A DNA stretch of 64,000 nt from assembly GCA_016177465.1 (NCBI GenBank), contig JACOVF010000072.1, positions 3,083-67,082 of the forward strand, written 5' to 3'. The notes beneath the pieces were generated by a model, which was given only the letters and a program-made list of their open reading frames with translations, was not told where the DNA came from and searched no databases. The DNA is from Gemmatimonadota bacterium (GTDB lineage Bacteria; Gemmatimonadota; Gemmatimonadetes; Gemmatimonadales; GWC2-71-9). Below are positions 46,423 to 53,621 of the stretch, in pieces (position 1 is the first letter of the stretch; each line of letters begins with the position of its first letter). A program made the translations under genes and the position numbers.

Positions 46423-47250
46423 ATGTCAAACACAATGCAGAGCCAGCTTGGTTCGGTGGTTGGCCTGTGGCGCTATCCTGTCAAGTCAATGATGGGAGAG
46501 GAGCTAAACGCCGCCCACGTTACGGAACGCGGGCTGCTCGGGGATCGCGCGTACGCGCTTGTCGACCCGTCCAATGGGAAAGTTGCCAGCGCCAAGAACC
46601 CGCGGAAATGGGCGAAGCTCTTCGATTGCCGGGCCGCCTTTGCCGGGTCCCCGCGCCTTGGCGAGAAGATACCTCCAGCCCGGATCACCCTTCCGGACGG
46701 AACCATCGTCACCAGTGAGCAGAGTGACGTCACGCAAATCCTGTCGAAGGTGTTTGGTCGGGAGGTGACCCTTGAGACCACGGCGCCCCAGACGCCCAGC
46801 CTCGAGGAGTACTGGCCGGACATGGAGGGCCTGGCCCACAGGGAAACGACCACCGATGAGACTATGCCGGCCGGCACATTCTTCGATCTGGCCGTCATCC
46901 ATGTGTTGACGACTGCCACGATCGACCGGCTTCGGGAGCTCTATCCGCAAGGGCGCGTCGAGGTGCGGCGGTTTCGTCCTAACATAGTGGTAGAGGTTGC
47001 CTCCGGCGAGAAAGATTTCGTTGAAAACGCTTGGGTTGGCCACACGCTGGCCATCGGGAACGAGCTTCGCCTGAATATCAGTGGCCCCTGCCCCCGCTGC
47101 GTGATGACGACCCTGCCGCAGGGGGACCTCCCAAAGGACCCGGGGATCTTGCGTACGGCGGCCCACCATAACCAAGTCAACGTCGGTGTTTATGCCGCTG
47201 TGGTCCGGGGCGGCGCGATCCGCCGCGGTGATCCGGTCAGGATCGATTAG
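46423..47250 (+). CDS. MOSC domain-containing protein (YcbX-like)
   Basis: 275 aa; LWRYPVKSMMGEEL N-terminal beta-barrel and C-terminal ...GPCPRCVMTT MOSC cysteine motif; GGGAGG 8 nt upstream. Confidence 0.8.
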   Translation: MSNTMQSQLGSVVGLWRYPVKSMMGEELNAAHVTERGLLGDRAYALVDPSNGKVASAKNPRKWAKLFDCRAAFAGSPRLGEKIPPARITLPDGTIVTSEQSDVTQILSKVFGREVTLETTAPQTPSLEEYWPDMEGLAHRETTTDETMPAGTFFDLAVIHVLTTATIDRLRELYPQGRVEVRRFRPNIVVEVASGEKDFVENAWVGHTLAIGNELRLNISGPCPRCVMTTLPQGDLPKDPGILRTAAHHNQVNVGVYAAVVRGGAIRRGDPVRID

Positions 47251-47279
47251 CCTGACCAAGTCGACGTTGACGACGCGAC

Positions 47280-47512
47280 GCCTAACCAGCGCAGAGGCTG
47301 TGTGAAAACGCCACCTTGGCAGAAGTGGCAGCGCGCAAAATCAACGACTTAAGGGTGCTCAGAACCAGGTTTTCGCACAGGCTCCGCATGGAGCTGGCGG
47401 CGCCGTGTTCTGATGGAAGCGTTATGTTGTTCGCCAACGACCCTGCGGTGATGGCTGGGCGCACGGTGCGCCAGCGAGCTCGGCGTCGCAGCTCATGCGC
47501 GATTCGTTAGGC
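47280..47512 (+). repeat. attC-like site 2 (233 nt, atypically long)
   Basis: R'' GCCTAAC 47280-47286 and R' GTTAGGC 47506-47512 (7/7 complementary); GCGCA/TGCGC and GAG-CTG/CAGCTC inner stems; same CA vs GATTC spacer asymmetry as site 1. Confidence 0.55.
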
Positions 47513-47550
47513 AGCGCAGGCGAGTCTTAGGCCTAAACGAGGAAGGCCAC

Positions 47551-47799
47551 ATGGACCCTGCTGTGTTCCTTGTCGCACTCGTAACAGTCGTGGGGACCGC
47601 TGCTTTCACGATTGTCAAGGTTGCTCGTCTGTGGACCACTCGTCCAGAATCACCATCGGTCGACGTCACTGCGCGGGTCGAGGAGCTTGAGCGTAGTGTC
47701 CTGGGCCTCCAACAGGAGTTAGCGGAAACACAGGAGCGGCTCGATTTCGCAGAGCGTTTACTCAGCACCGCACGGGAAGAGCGGCGGATTGGCAGCTAG
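47551..47799 (+). CDS. TM + coiled-coil miniprotein, ERLDFAER family (paralog 1)
   Basis: 82 aa; N-terminal TM (VFLVALVTVVGTAAFTIV), coiled coil, C-terminal ETQERLDFAERLL motif shared with 50237..50584; GAGGAAGG upstream. Confidence 0.7.
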   Translation: MDPAVFLVALVTVVGTAAFTIVKVARLWTTRPESPSVDVTARVEELERSVLGLQQELAETQERLDFAERLLSTAREERRIGS

Positions 47800-47865
47800 A
47801 GACAACTCCGCCGACTTGAGCAACCGGGAACATAGCTGACAGAATGTCCGGGGACATGGTTAACA
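47800..47865 (+). repeat. possible short attC-like site 3
   Basis: AGACAAC 47800 / GAGCAAC 47818 ... GTTAACA 47859-47865; CCGCCGAC vs GTCCGGGG partial pairing; weak. Confidence 0.3.
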
Positions 47866-47982
47866 CTTGTCCTTGAGGGAGAGGGCCCCGGTGATGGTGT
47901 GGGTGTGTTCGTTGAAGCGACCGAGGAGCGTGTCGTAGTAGAGGAGGTTCCAGAGGCCGTCCTTGAAGCGGTCCCGGTTTTC
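47860..47982 (-). pseudogene. orphan C-terminal gene fragment (40 codons) abutting the IS end
   Basis: Reads ENRDRFKDGLWNLLYYDTLLGRFNEHTHTITGALSLKDKC-stop on the minus strand, in frame right up to the IS terminus; the plus-strand reading is antisense-like (EATEERVVVEEVPEAV). Confidence 0.35.
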
Positions 47983-48002
47983 TGGACAGGGGGGCGGCTT
48001 AA

Positions 48003-49279
48003 TCACGCCGCCCGCCGCGTGAGGCTCAAGCGGACGTCGGCCGGGGTCCGGTAGCCGTGCCGCTCGAGCAGCCACGCCTGATTGTAGCGCTCGATGAACT
48101 CTCCGATCACCTGCCGCGCCGCGTCGAGCGTCGCGAAGTCGTGCAGGTACAGACATTCCTCTTTCAGCGTCCGGATCCAGCGCTCCATGATTCCGGTGCA
48201 CTCGGGCTCGCCCACGTAGCTGGGACTCGGCCGGATGCCCAGCCAGCGGAGCTCGCCCAGGAACTGATGCGCCGTGTACTGCGGGCCCCAGTCCATCCGG
48301 AGCCCCAAGCCGAGGGCGATCTTCGGCGCATACTGCCCGTGTGTCCGCTGCACGCCCTGGCGGATCGGCTCGAGCGCCGCCCACCGATCCCCGACCTTGG
48401 CCACGTGCCAGCCCACGATGTCCTCGACACCGTGGTCGATCGCGCCGAAGAACCAGCACCACCCCTCCCGCCGGGTGTAGAACCGCGTCGCGTCCGTCCC
48501 CCACAGCTCATCGGGGCGCGGCGTCGTGATCGTGCCCGCGTGCGCCCGATCCCCGCGCCGATGGCGCCGGCGGGTCGGGGCCAAGAGATTCGCCTGCCGC
48601 ATCAGCCGCAGCACTCGCGCCTTGCCGACCCGGATCCCGCGCGGCCGCAGGCGCGCCCGCACTTTCCGATGCCCCTCGGTGCAGAACCCACTGGCCTTGA
48701 GCACCGCCCGGATCTCGACGAGCAGCGTCGCGTCGTCCAGCGGCGTCCGCGGCCCCCGTTTCGCGGGGGTACCCCGATCCCTCCCCCCGTGGCGATCGTC
48801 GCTCTGCGAGGCGCGCAGTGCGTCGCGGTTGAGACCAGTCTCAGCCAGCCGCCGCGCGTACACCGTCGAGCGCGCCACCCGCCACATCGTGCAGATCATC
48901 GTCACGGGATACCGCTGTCCCGTCGCTGGGCTCACCAGCCGCGCGCCTTCTTCAACCTCGCCAGCTCCTCCCCGTACCCCCTTTTTTCGAGGAGCAGCTC
49001 GACGAGTTCCAACTGCATCGCGAGCTCCCCCACTTTCGCCTGCGCCTGCTTCAGCAACCGGGCTTCGCCCTCCCCATGCCGCTTCTTCAACCCTTCGCCC
49101 CCGGCCTCGAGAAACGTCCGCCGCCAGGCCCCAAGTTCGTGCGCCGGCACCTGGACCTCGCGACTCACGACGTCCACGGCCTCGCCGCGCAACAACCGGA
49201 GCACGATCTCGGTCTTCGCCTTCGCAATCCACCGCTCAGGCAAGTCCGCCGCCTGCTCCCGCTCGCTCACCACCGTCAT
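48003..49279 (-). CDS. IS3 transposase OrfAB (programmed -1 frameshift fusion; OrfB has the DDE/rve core)
   Basis: -1 slip at A AAA AAG joins ...LVELLLEK to KGVRGG...; OrfB has WGTDATRF, LRMDWGPQYTA, GIMERWIRTLKEE (D, D, E regions) and YNQAWLLERHGYRTP tail. Confidence 0.8.
48932..49279 (-). CDS. IS3 transposase OrfA (HTH + leucine zipper)
   Basis: 115 aa; WIAKAKTEIVLRLLRGE...VSREVQVPAHELGAWRRTF HTH, then heptad Leu region; contains AAAAAAG (minus strand of 48981-48987). Confidence 0.85.
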   Translation of the reverse strand: MTVVSEREQAADLPERWIAKAKTEIVLRLLRGEAVDVVSREVQVPAHELGAWRRTFLEAGGEGLKKRHGEGEARLLKQAQAKVGELAMQLELVELLLEKRGYGEELARLKKARGW

Positions 49280-49327
49280 GGCCCTCGCTCCTCGGACCCC
49301 TCAGAGATAGTCCAAATGCCTGTCCAA

Positions 49328-49813
49328 GGAAATCGGGGGCTCTATACCACGGGCTACGCCGACCGCGCCGATTCGACGGTGAGGCGCGACCTTGCATCGG
49401 TCGGGATCCAGGTTCGCGACGCCCCGGGGTACGTCCGGCTCGTCCGGAACTCGCCACACTACGGGGGTAGCGGCGTCTTCAGCACGGTGGAGGATCTGGC
49501 GAAGTGGGACGCCACTTTCGAGACGCACGTGCTCGGCGGACCAGCCTTGGCCGCCCAGATGCTCCAAACGCACCGCTTCGCACACGACAAAGACAACGAC
49601 GCGTTCGGTCTCGTCTTTGAGCGCTTCATGGGTCGTGAGATGATCTGGTTCTCAGGCGGCGACTTGGACGCCTCCACCTTCATGGCCCGCCTGCCCGCGG
49701 AGCGGCTGACCATCATCTGCCTCTCGAACATGCCGAAGGGCGATGCCGAGGGAAGGGCCCAGGCGGTGCTCCGGCTGGTCCTCGAGTCACGGACGACAGA
49801 CCAGGGGCCGTGA
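49328..49813 (+). pseudogene. C-terminal third of a beta-lactamase-family serine hydrolase, 5'-truncated at the IS
   Basis: In-frame part of track ORF 49076..49813 after the IS end: ...NSPHYGGSGVFSTVEDLAKWDATF...ERLTIICLSNM; the N-terminal SxxK-bearing two thirds are absent on both sides of the IS. Confidence 0.6.
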
Positions 49814-49828
49814 TCGGATCGATGGCGC

Positions 49829-49921
49829 GCGCAACGGCGCCTGAAGCTGGCGGCGCCTGCCTTCAAAGGAACCCGTATGTTTGTGCGCCTGGAGAGTGGG
49901 CGCCGCAGCTTTCTGTGAGGC
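49829..49921 (+). repeat. attC-like site 4 (93 nt, degenerate R boxes)
   Basis: GCGCAAC 49829 ... GTGAGGC 49915-49921; AAGCTG-(G)-CGGCGCC pairs with GGCGCCG-CAGCTT(T), homologous to the inner stems of site 1 including the bulged G. Confidence 0.5.
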
Positions 49922-50236
49922 GGCGCACCCTGTCAAGCCCGGCCCCCCGGTCGGGTTTGTCTTTCCTCTGTTGTCGGGCCGCGTGCGGCCCGTTTCAGCT
50001 GGTGCCCTCGAGGTGCCGCTCAGCCTTCTGTACGCGCTCTCGGTGACGAGGCATCCTCGTCGGCGCAAATGGGAATCCGAAAGAGCGGCGGCGCCAACTA
50101 AGCGACGACCTCAGCGGCGGTCATCAGCTGCAACGCGCTCACAGCGAGGAGCCGCGGAGTCCTCGTCTAACCAAGATCGGGAAGGCTTGACAGATTAGAC
50201 CTCATAGAAGGCGGTTGGCGACACTAGGAGGAATAC

Positions 50237-50584
50237 GTGTGGTTCAAGCACCGAGCTTGGATACCTGTCGCGTGGCTCCTCTGTTTCGGGAACCTTATCG
50301 CCGTCTGGTTCGCCGCTCGGCCGGCTGAGCCTTGGCATGCGACAGTCCACGCGCTACTGGCGGTGCTGTTTGGTCTCGGGGCACAACGCCTTGCGCTGGG
50401 GAAAAAACCCACCGCTGACGCAGACGTGGTGGGAAGGTTGGGGGAACTCGAAGCACGGCTTGCCGACCTAGACAAGTTGCAGGACGTGGAAGGCCGACTT
50501 ACCGAGCTAGAGGAGCGCCTCGACTTTACTGAGCGAGCATTGGTGAACGTCCGGACTCGCGCTCAACTTCCGCCCAAAGAGTGA
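50237..50584 (+). CDS. TM + coiled-coil miniprotein, ERLDFTER family (paralog 2)
   Basis: 115 aa; GTG start with AGGAGG 50226-50231; two N-terminal TM helices, coiled coil, LEERLDFTERAL motif. Confidence 0.7.
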   Translation: MWFKHRAWIPVAWLLCFGNLIAVWFAARPAEPWHATVHALLAVLFGLGAQRLALGKKPTADADVVGRLGELEARLADLDKLQDVEGRLTELEERLDFTERALVNVRTRAQLPPKE

Positions 50585-50624
50585 ACGGTGCATTGCGGTG
50601 GGGTGAGCAACCGGGGCGCGGTGG

Positions 50625-50768
50625 GGCGGTGTACCGCCCGCTGGGTGTCTGGCCGTCGAGGGCGGCGTGCGGCCGCTCGTCATTGTACAGCGCCCGAAAG
50701 CGATTGAAGGCGCGCTGCCAGGCGGCGAGGGTGGCTCCCAATGCCCACACGATTTCCTGAAGCGCCAT
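50625..50768 (-). pseudogene. C-terminal scar of an rve-type (IS3/IS481-like) transposase
   Basis: ...AWQRAFNRFRALYNDERPHAALDGQTPSGRY, the conserved YN..RPH..L.G.TP tail of DDE integrase-core transposases; no upstream catalytic part (stops within 30 nt). Confidence 0.5.
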
Positions 50769-50799
50769 ATTCTCTACTCAGCGCGCGACAAGGCTACAG

Positions 50800-51309
50800 G
50801 TGAATAGGCGCTCCCTCGATTCTCAGGCCTTGCTCCAGCGACCCCGCCAAGCCCCGCCAGTGGGGCGCGCACTCCGCATCCTGCTCGGCCTCGCCCTGAC
50901 TGTTCACGTGGTGCCCATTTACCTCCGAGTGGACCTGCCACTTGCCGTCGGGGCCTTGCTGCTGATGCTTGGGTTGATTGGCGTCTACAGCCTGATCCAT
51001 GTCATTGCATCGCGACGCATCGTTGGCTTTGGCCCCGGCCTCGGGGCGGTCGTGGCGCTGGGGTTGCTCGTCGCGCTGTATGTTGCCGGCGCCCCCGGGT
51101 CACCGATCCTTGGTCGCGGAGAGGGTGAGCTGGCGGCAGTCACCTTCCTGAGTATCTCGTTGGTGGTTGCTGGCGTGCGCGCCGATCCCGGTTGCGAGGT
51201 GATGGCAATCCCGGGGGCCCTTTGGGGAACGCACAGCGAACTGGCGTGTCTCGTCTTCTCCCCCCTCGACCGACTTGAGCGCAAGTTGCGGAGCAAGCGC
51301 GCCGCCTGA
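50800..51309 (+). CDS. hypothetical 4-TM membrane protein
   Basis: 169 aa; four hydrophobic helices, C-terminal ADPGCEVMAIPG...ELACLVFSPLD; weak SD, GTG start. Confidence 0.5.
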   Translation: MNRRSLDSQALLQRPRQAPPVGRALRILLGLALTVHVVPIYLRVDLPLAVGALLLMLGLIGVYSLIHVIASRRIVGFGPGLGAVVALGLLVALYVAGAPGSPILGRGEGELAAVTFLSISLVVAGVRADPGCEVMAIPGALWGTHSELACLVFSPLDRLERKLRSKRAA

Positions 51310-51448
51310 TATCAACTTTGAACGCAACACCGAGTCTCAACGGGCATAGCATCCTTGCCGGCGCGAGGCCTGCTGCTCACTCGCCTTGTGCCGGACTTCA
51401 CGGAGTCATAGCTTGGCCATCGCCCACCACATACGCCGGAGACATTCC

Positions 51449-51934
51449 ATGCGCACGTTCACTGCTCCCGCAGCCTTGGTGCTCGGGATCGCCGCGGCGG
51501 CCTGTGGCCGCCAGCCGCCACCAGTTGATCTCGAGGCAGCGCGTGCCTCGCTGCGCACCGCGGACAGCGGATACTCGCAAACGGCATCTGGTAAGAACCT
51601 CGAGGCGTTCGTGGCGCTCTATGAGCCCAGCGCGACCATGTACCCACCCGCAGAGGCGCTTGCTCAAGGCACCGAGGCCATCCGCGCCTTCGCGGGCGCG
51701 TTCCTGAAGGATCCGGCTTTCGCGGTCAGGTTTACCCCGGTAGCCGTGGAAGTTGCGGCCAATGGCGACATGGGCTACACGCTGAATACCGTGGACATCA
51801 CCGTAACCGGTCCTGACGGGAAGCCAGCGACCGAGCGAATTCGCGATTTCCACCTTTGGCGGAAGCAGGCCGACGGCCGCTGGAAGGTTGTGGTCGATAT
51901 CTGGAACGCCGAACCGCCACCGCCTACCAAGTGA
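51449..51934 (+). CDS. NTF2/SnoaL-like (DUF4440-like) lipoprotein
   Basis: ATG 51449 within track ORF 51386..51934; signal + lipobox (LGIAAAAC); ...FVALYEPSATMYPP...DFHLWRKQADGRWKVVVDIWN, typical NTF2-like fold signature. Confidence 0.65.
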   Translation: MRTFTAPAALVLGIAAAACGRQPPPVDLEAARASLRTADSGYSQTASGKNLEAFVALYEPSATMYPPAEALAQGTEAIRAFAGAFLKDPAFAVRFTPVAVEVAANGDMGYTLNTVDITVTGPDGKPATERIRDFHLWRKQADGRWKVVVDIWNAEPPPPTK

Positions 51935-51983
51935 CGTGTGACGCCACTAGCACACCAACCACCCCTCGCTGTGAGGCCCCTCG

Positions 51984-52220
51984 ATGGTCGACACGCTCAC
52001 CCCACCGTACCTACCGCCGATTCCACCTCACCTGCCCGAGGTTCGGGTCCAGCCCCTGCTTGTCTACGTCCAGCCCGTCTGGGAGTACAAACATGTCGTC
52101 GCCCAGATGGCTCCCGACGAGGTTGCACTCAACGCCCTCGGGGCTGAAGGCTGGGAACTCGTCGGCGTGGTCCCTGCGCCTGATGCCATGCACTTCTACT
52201 TGAAACGCTTGGTGCGCTGA
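51984..52220 (+). CDS. DUF4177-like small protein
   Basis: 78 aa; ...LNALGAEGWELVGVVP...FYLKR resembles the GWELV core of DUF4177. Confidence 0.5.
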   Translation: MVDTLTPPYLPPIPPHLPEVRVQPLLVYVQPVWEYKHVVAQMAPDEVALNALGAEGWELVGVVPAPDAMHFYLKRLVR

Positions 52221-52262
52221 GACCGCGAGTCCCGTTGACGAAGCAGCCGCAGGAGGTTGACC

Positions 52263-53588
52263 ATGACACGACGGATCCCCGCGCACGCCGTCTGCCTCGC
52301 CTCGCTCGTGACAGCGGCGCTCGCCGCCCCCGCCACGGCCCAGGACGAGCGGCCGGCCCCCGAGAACCTCGCGGCGCGCACTTGGTTCCAGGACGCGAAG
52401 TTCGGGATGTTCATCCACTGGGGCATCTCCAGCTTGCTGATGGACGGCGAGTGGGTGATGGAGGACCGCCGCATCCGTGCGGCGGACTACGAGCGCATCG
52501 CGTCCTCGTTCACCCCGACGCGGTTCGACGCCACCGCATGGGTCGCCCTCGCGAAGGCGGCCGGGATGCGGTACGTGACCCTGATCACCAAGCATCACGA
52601 CGGCTTCGCGCTCTTCGATTCGCGCGTCACCGACTGGGATGTGATGGACCGCACGCCGTTCCGGCGCGACATCGTGCGGGAGATGGCTGAGGCGTGCCGG
52701 CGCGAAGGGCTTCGCCTGTTCGTCTACTACTCGCAGCTCGACTGGCATCACCCCGACTACTGGCCGCGGGGGCGGACCGGTCGTTACACCGGACGAGCCG
52801 ACCGCGGCGACTTCGGGCGCTACCTGGACTTCATGGACGCACAGCTCACCGAGCTATTCAGCAACTACGGACCGCTCGGCGGGGTGTGGTTCGACGGGAT
52901 GTGGGACCGGCCGGACGCGGAGTGGCGGCTCGAGCGCACCTACCGGATGATCCACGGGCTGCAACCCGGTGCGCTCATCGTTCCGAACCATCACCAGACG
53001 CCGCTCCCCGGCGAGGACGTGCAGACTTTCGAGAAGGACCTTCCGGGTGCCAACACCGCGGGCTGGAACACCACCGCGATCGGCGCGTTGCCGCTCGAGA
53101 CCTCCCAGACCATTAACGACAGCTGGGGCTTCCGCCTGCACGACCGCAACCACAAGAGCGTGAGCCAGCTCGTGCGCGAGCTGGTCGGCGCGGCGGGGCG
53201 AAACGCGAACTACCTGCTGAACATCGGCCCCATGCCGGACGGCTCCATCCAACCCGAGTTCGTGGAGCGCTTGCAGGCAGTGGGGAACTGGATGGCCCGC
53301 TTCGGCGCGAGCATCTACCGCACGCGTGGCGGGCCCGTGCCGCCGCGCCCCTGGGGTGTCACGACCCAGCGAGGCGACACCGTCTACGTCCACGTGCTCG
53401 AATTGACCGACCGGCAGCTCGCCCTGCCGGCCCTGCCGGGGCGCGTGCGGTCGGCGCGGGTGCTGATCGGCGGAAGGACCGTGTGGTTCGCGGACACCCC
53501 CGATGGCGTCACGCTGACGCTCCCGCCGCGCGCCACGGACGAGATCGACCAGGTGATCGCGCTCGTCATCGAGCGGGGAACGCGCTGA
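52263..53588 (+). CDS. alpha-L-fucosidase, GH29
   Basis: AGGAGG 52251-52256 then ATG 52263; signal peptide; WFQDAKFGMFIHWG, ITKHHDGFALFDS motifs. Confidence 0.88.
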   Translation: MTRRIPAHAVCLASLVTAALAAPATAQDERPAPENLAARTWFQDAKFGMFIHWGISSLLMDGEWVMEDRRIRAADYERIASSFTPTRFDATAWVALAKAAGMRYVTLITKHHDGFALFDSRVTDWDVMDRTPFRRDIVREMAEACRREGLRLFVYYSQLDWHHPDYWPRGRTGRYTGRADRGDFGRYLDFMDAQLTELFSNYGPLGGVWFDGMWDRPDAEWRLERTYRMIHGLQPGALIVPNHHQTPLPGEDVQTFEKDLPGANTAGWNTTAIGALPLETSQTINDSWGFRLHDRNHKSVSQLVRELVGAAGRNANYLLNIGPMPDGSIQPEFVERLQAVGNWMARFGASIYRTRGGPVPPRPWGVTTQRGDTVYVHVLELTDRQLALPALPGRVRSARVLIGGRTVWFADTPDGVTLTLPPRATDEIDQVIALVIERGTR

Positions 53589-53621
53589 CGCTGCCGCCGG
53601 CCGGCCAAGGAGGGTGGAATT

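Larger units (their letters stand above)
47983..49326 (-). mobile_element. IS3-family insertion sequence (1344 bp)
   Basis: Termini TGGACAGG... (47983) and ...CCTGTCCA (49326), i.e. TG/CA ends with 8/8 identical outer IR bases; orfA/orfB with an A6G slippery site; flanks TTC / AGG give no target-site duplication. Confidence 0.8.
45629..52262 (+). mobile_element. integron-like gene-cassette array lacking an integrase in the window (CALIN-like), partly decayed
   Basis: AT-richer block of short same-strand ORFs separated by RYYYAAC...GTTRRRY-bounded imperfect palindromes (see attC-like features), TA pair, IS3 insertion, transposase scar. Confidence 0.6.

Noticed and set aside
47316-47510. The 64-aa ORF inside attC-like site 2 as a cassette gene.
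   Set aside because: It has a non-ATG start, no SD and an Arg/Ala-rich low-information sequence, and it lies entirely within the palindromic site.
47866-47900. An alternative IS3 boundary using TGAGGG... (47874) paired with TGAGGGG... near 49303.
   Set aside because: Only 6 nt match, and this choice leaves 24 nt before orfA. The TGGACAGG/CCTGTCCA pair gives 8/8 identity, TG...CA ends and normal distances to orfA and the orfB stop.
49810-50198. ORFs 49810..50046 and 49881..50198 as cassette proteins.
   Set aside because: Pro/Arg/Ser-rich translations with no SD and mutual overlap. The region is better explained as non-coding, hairpin-rich DNA.
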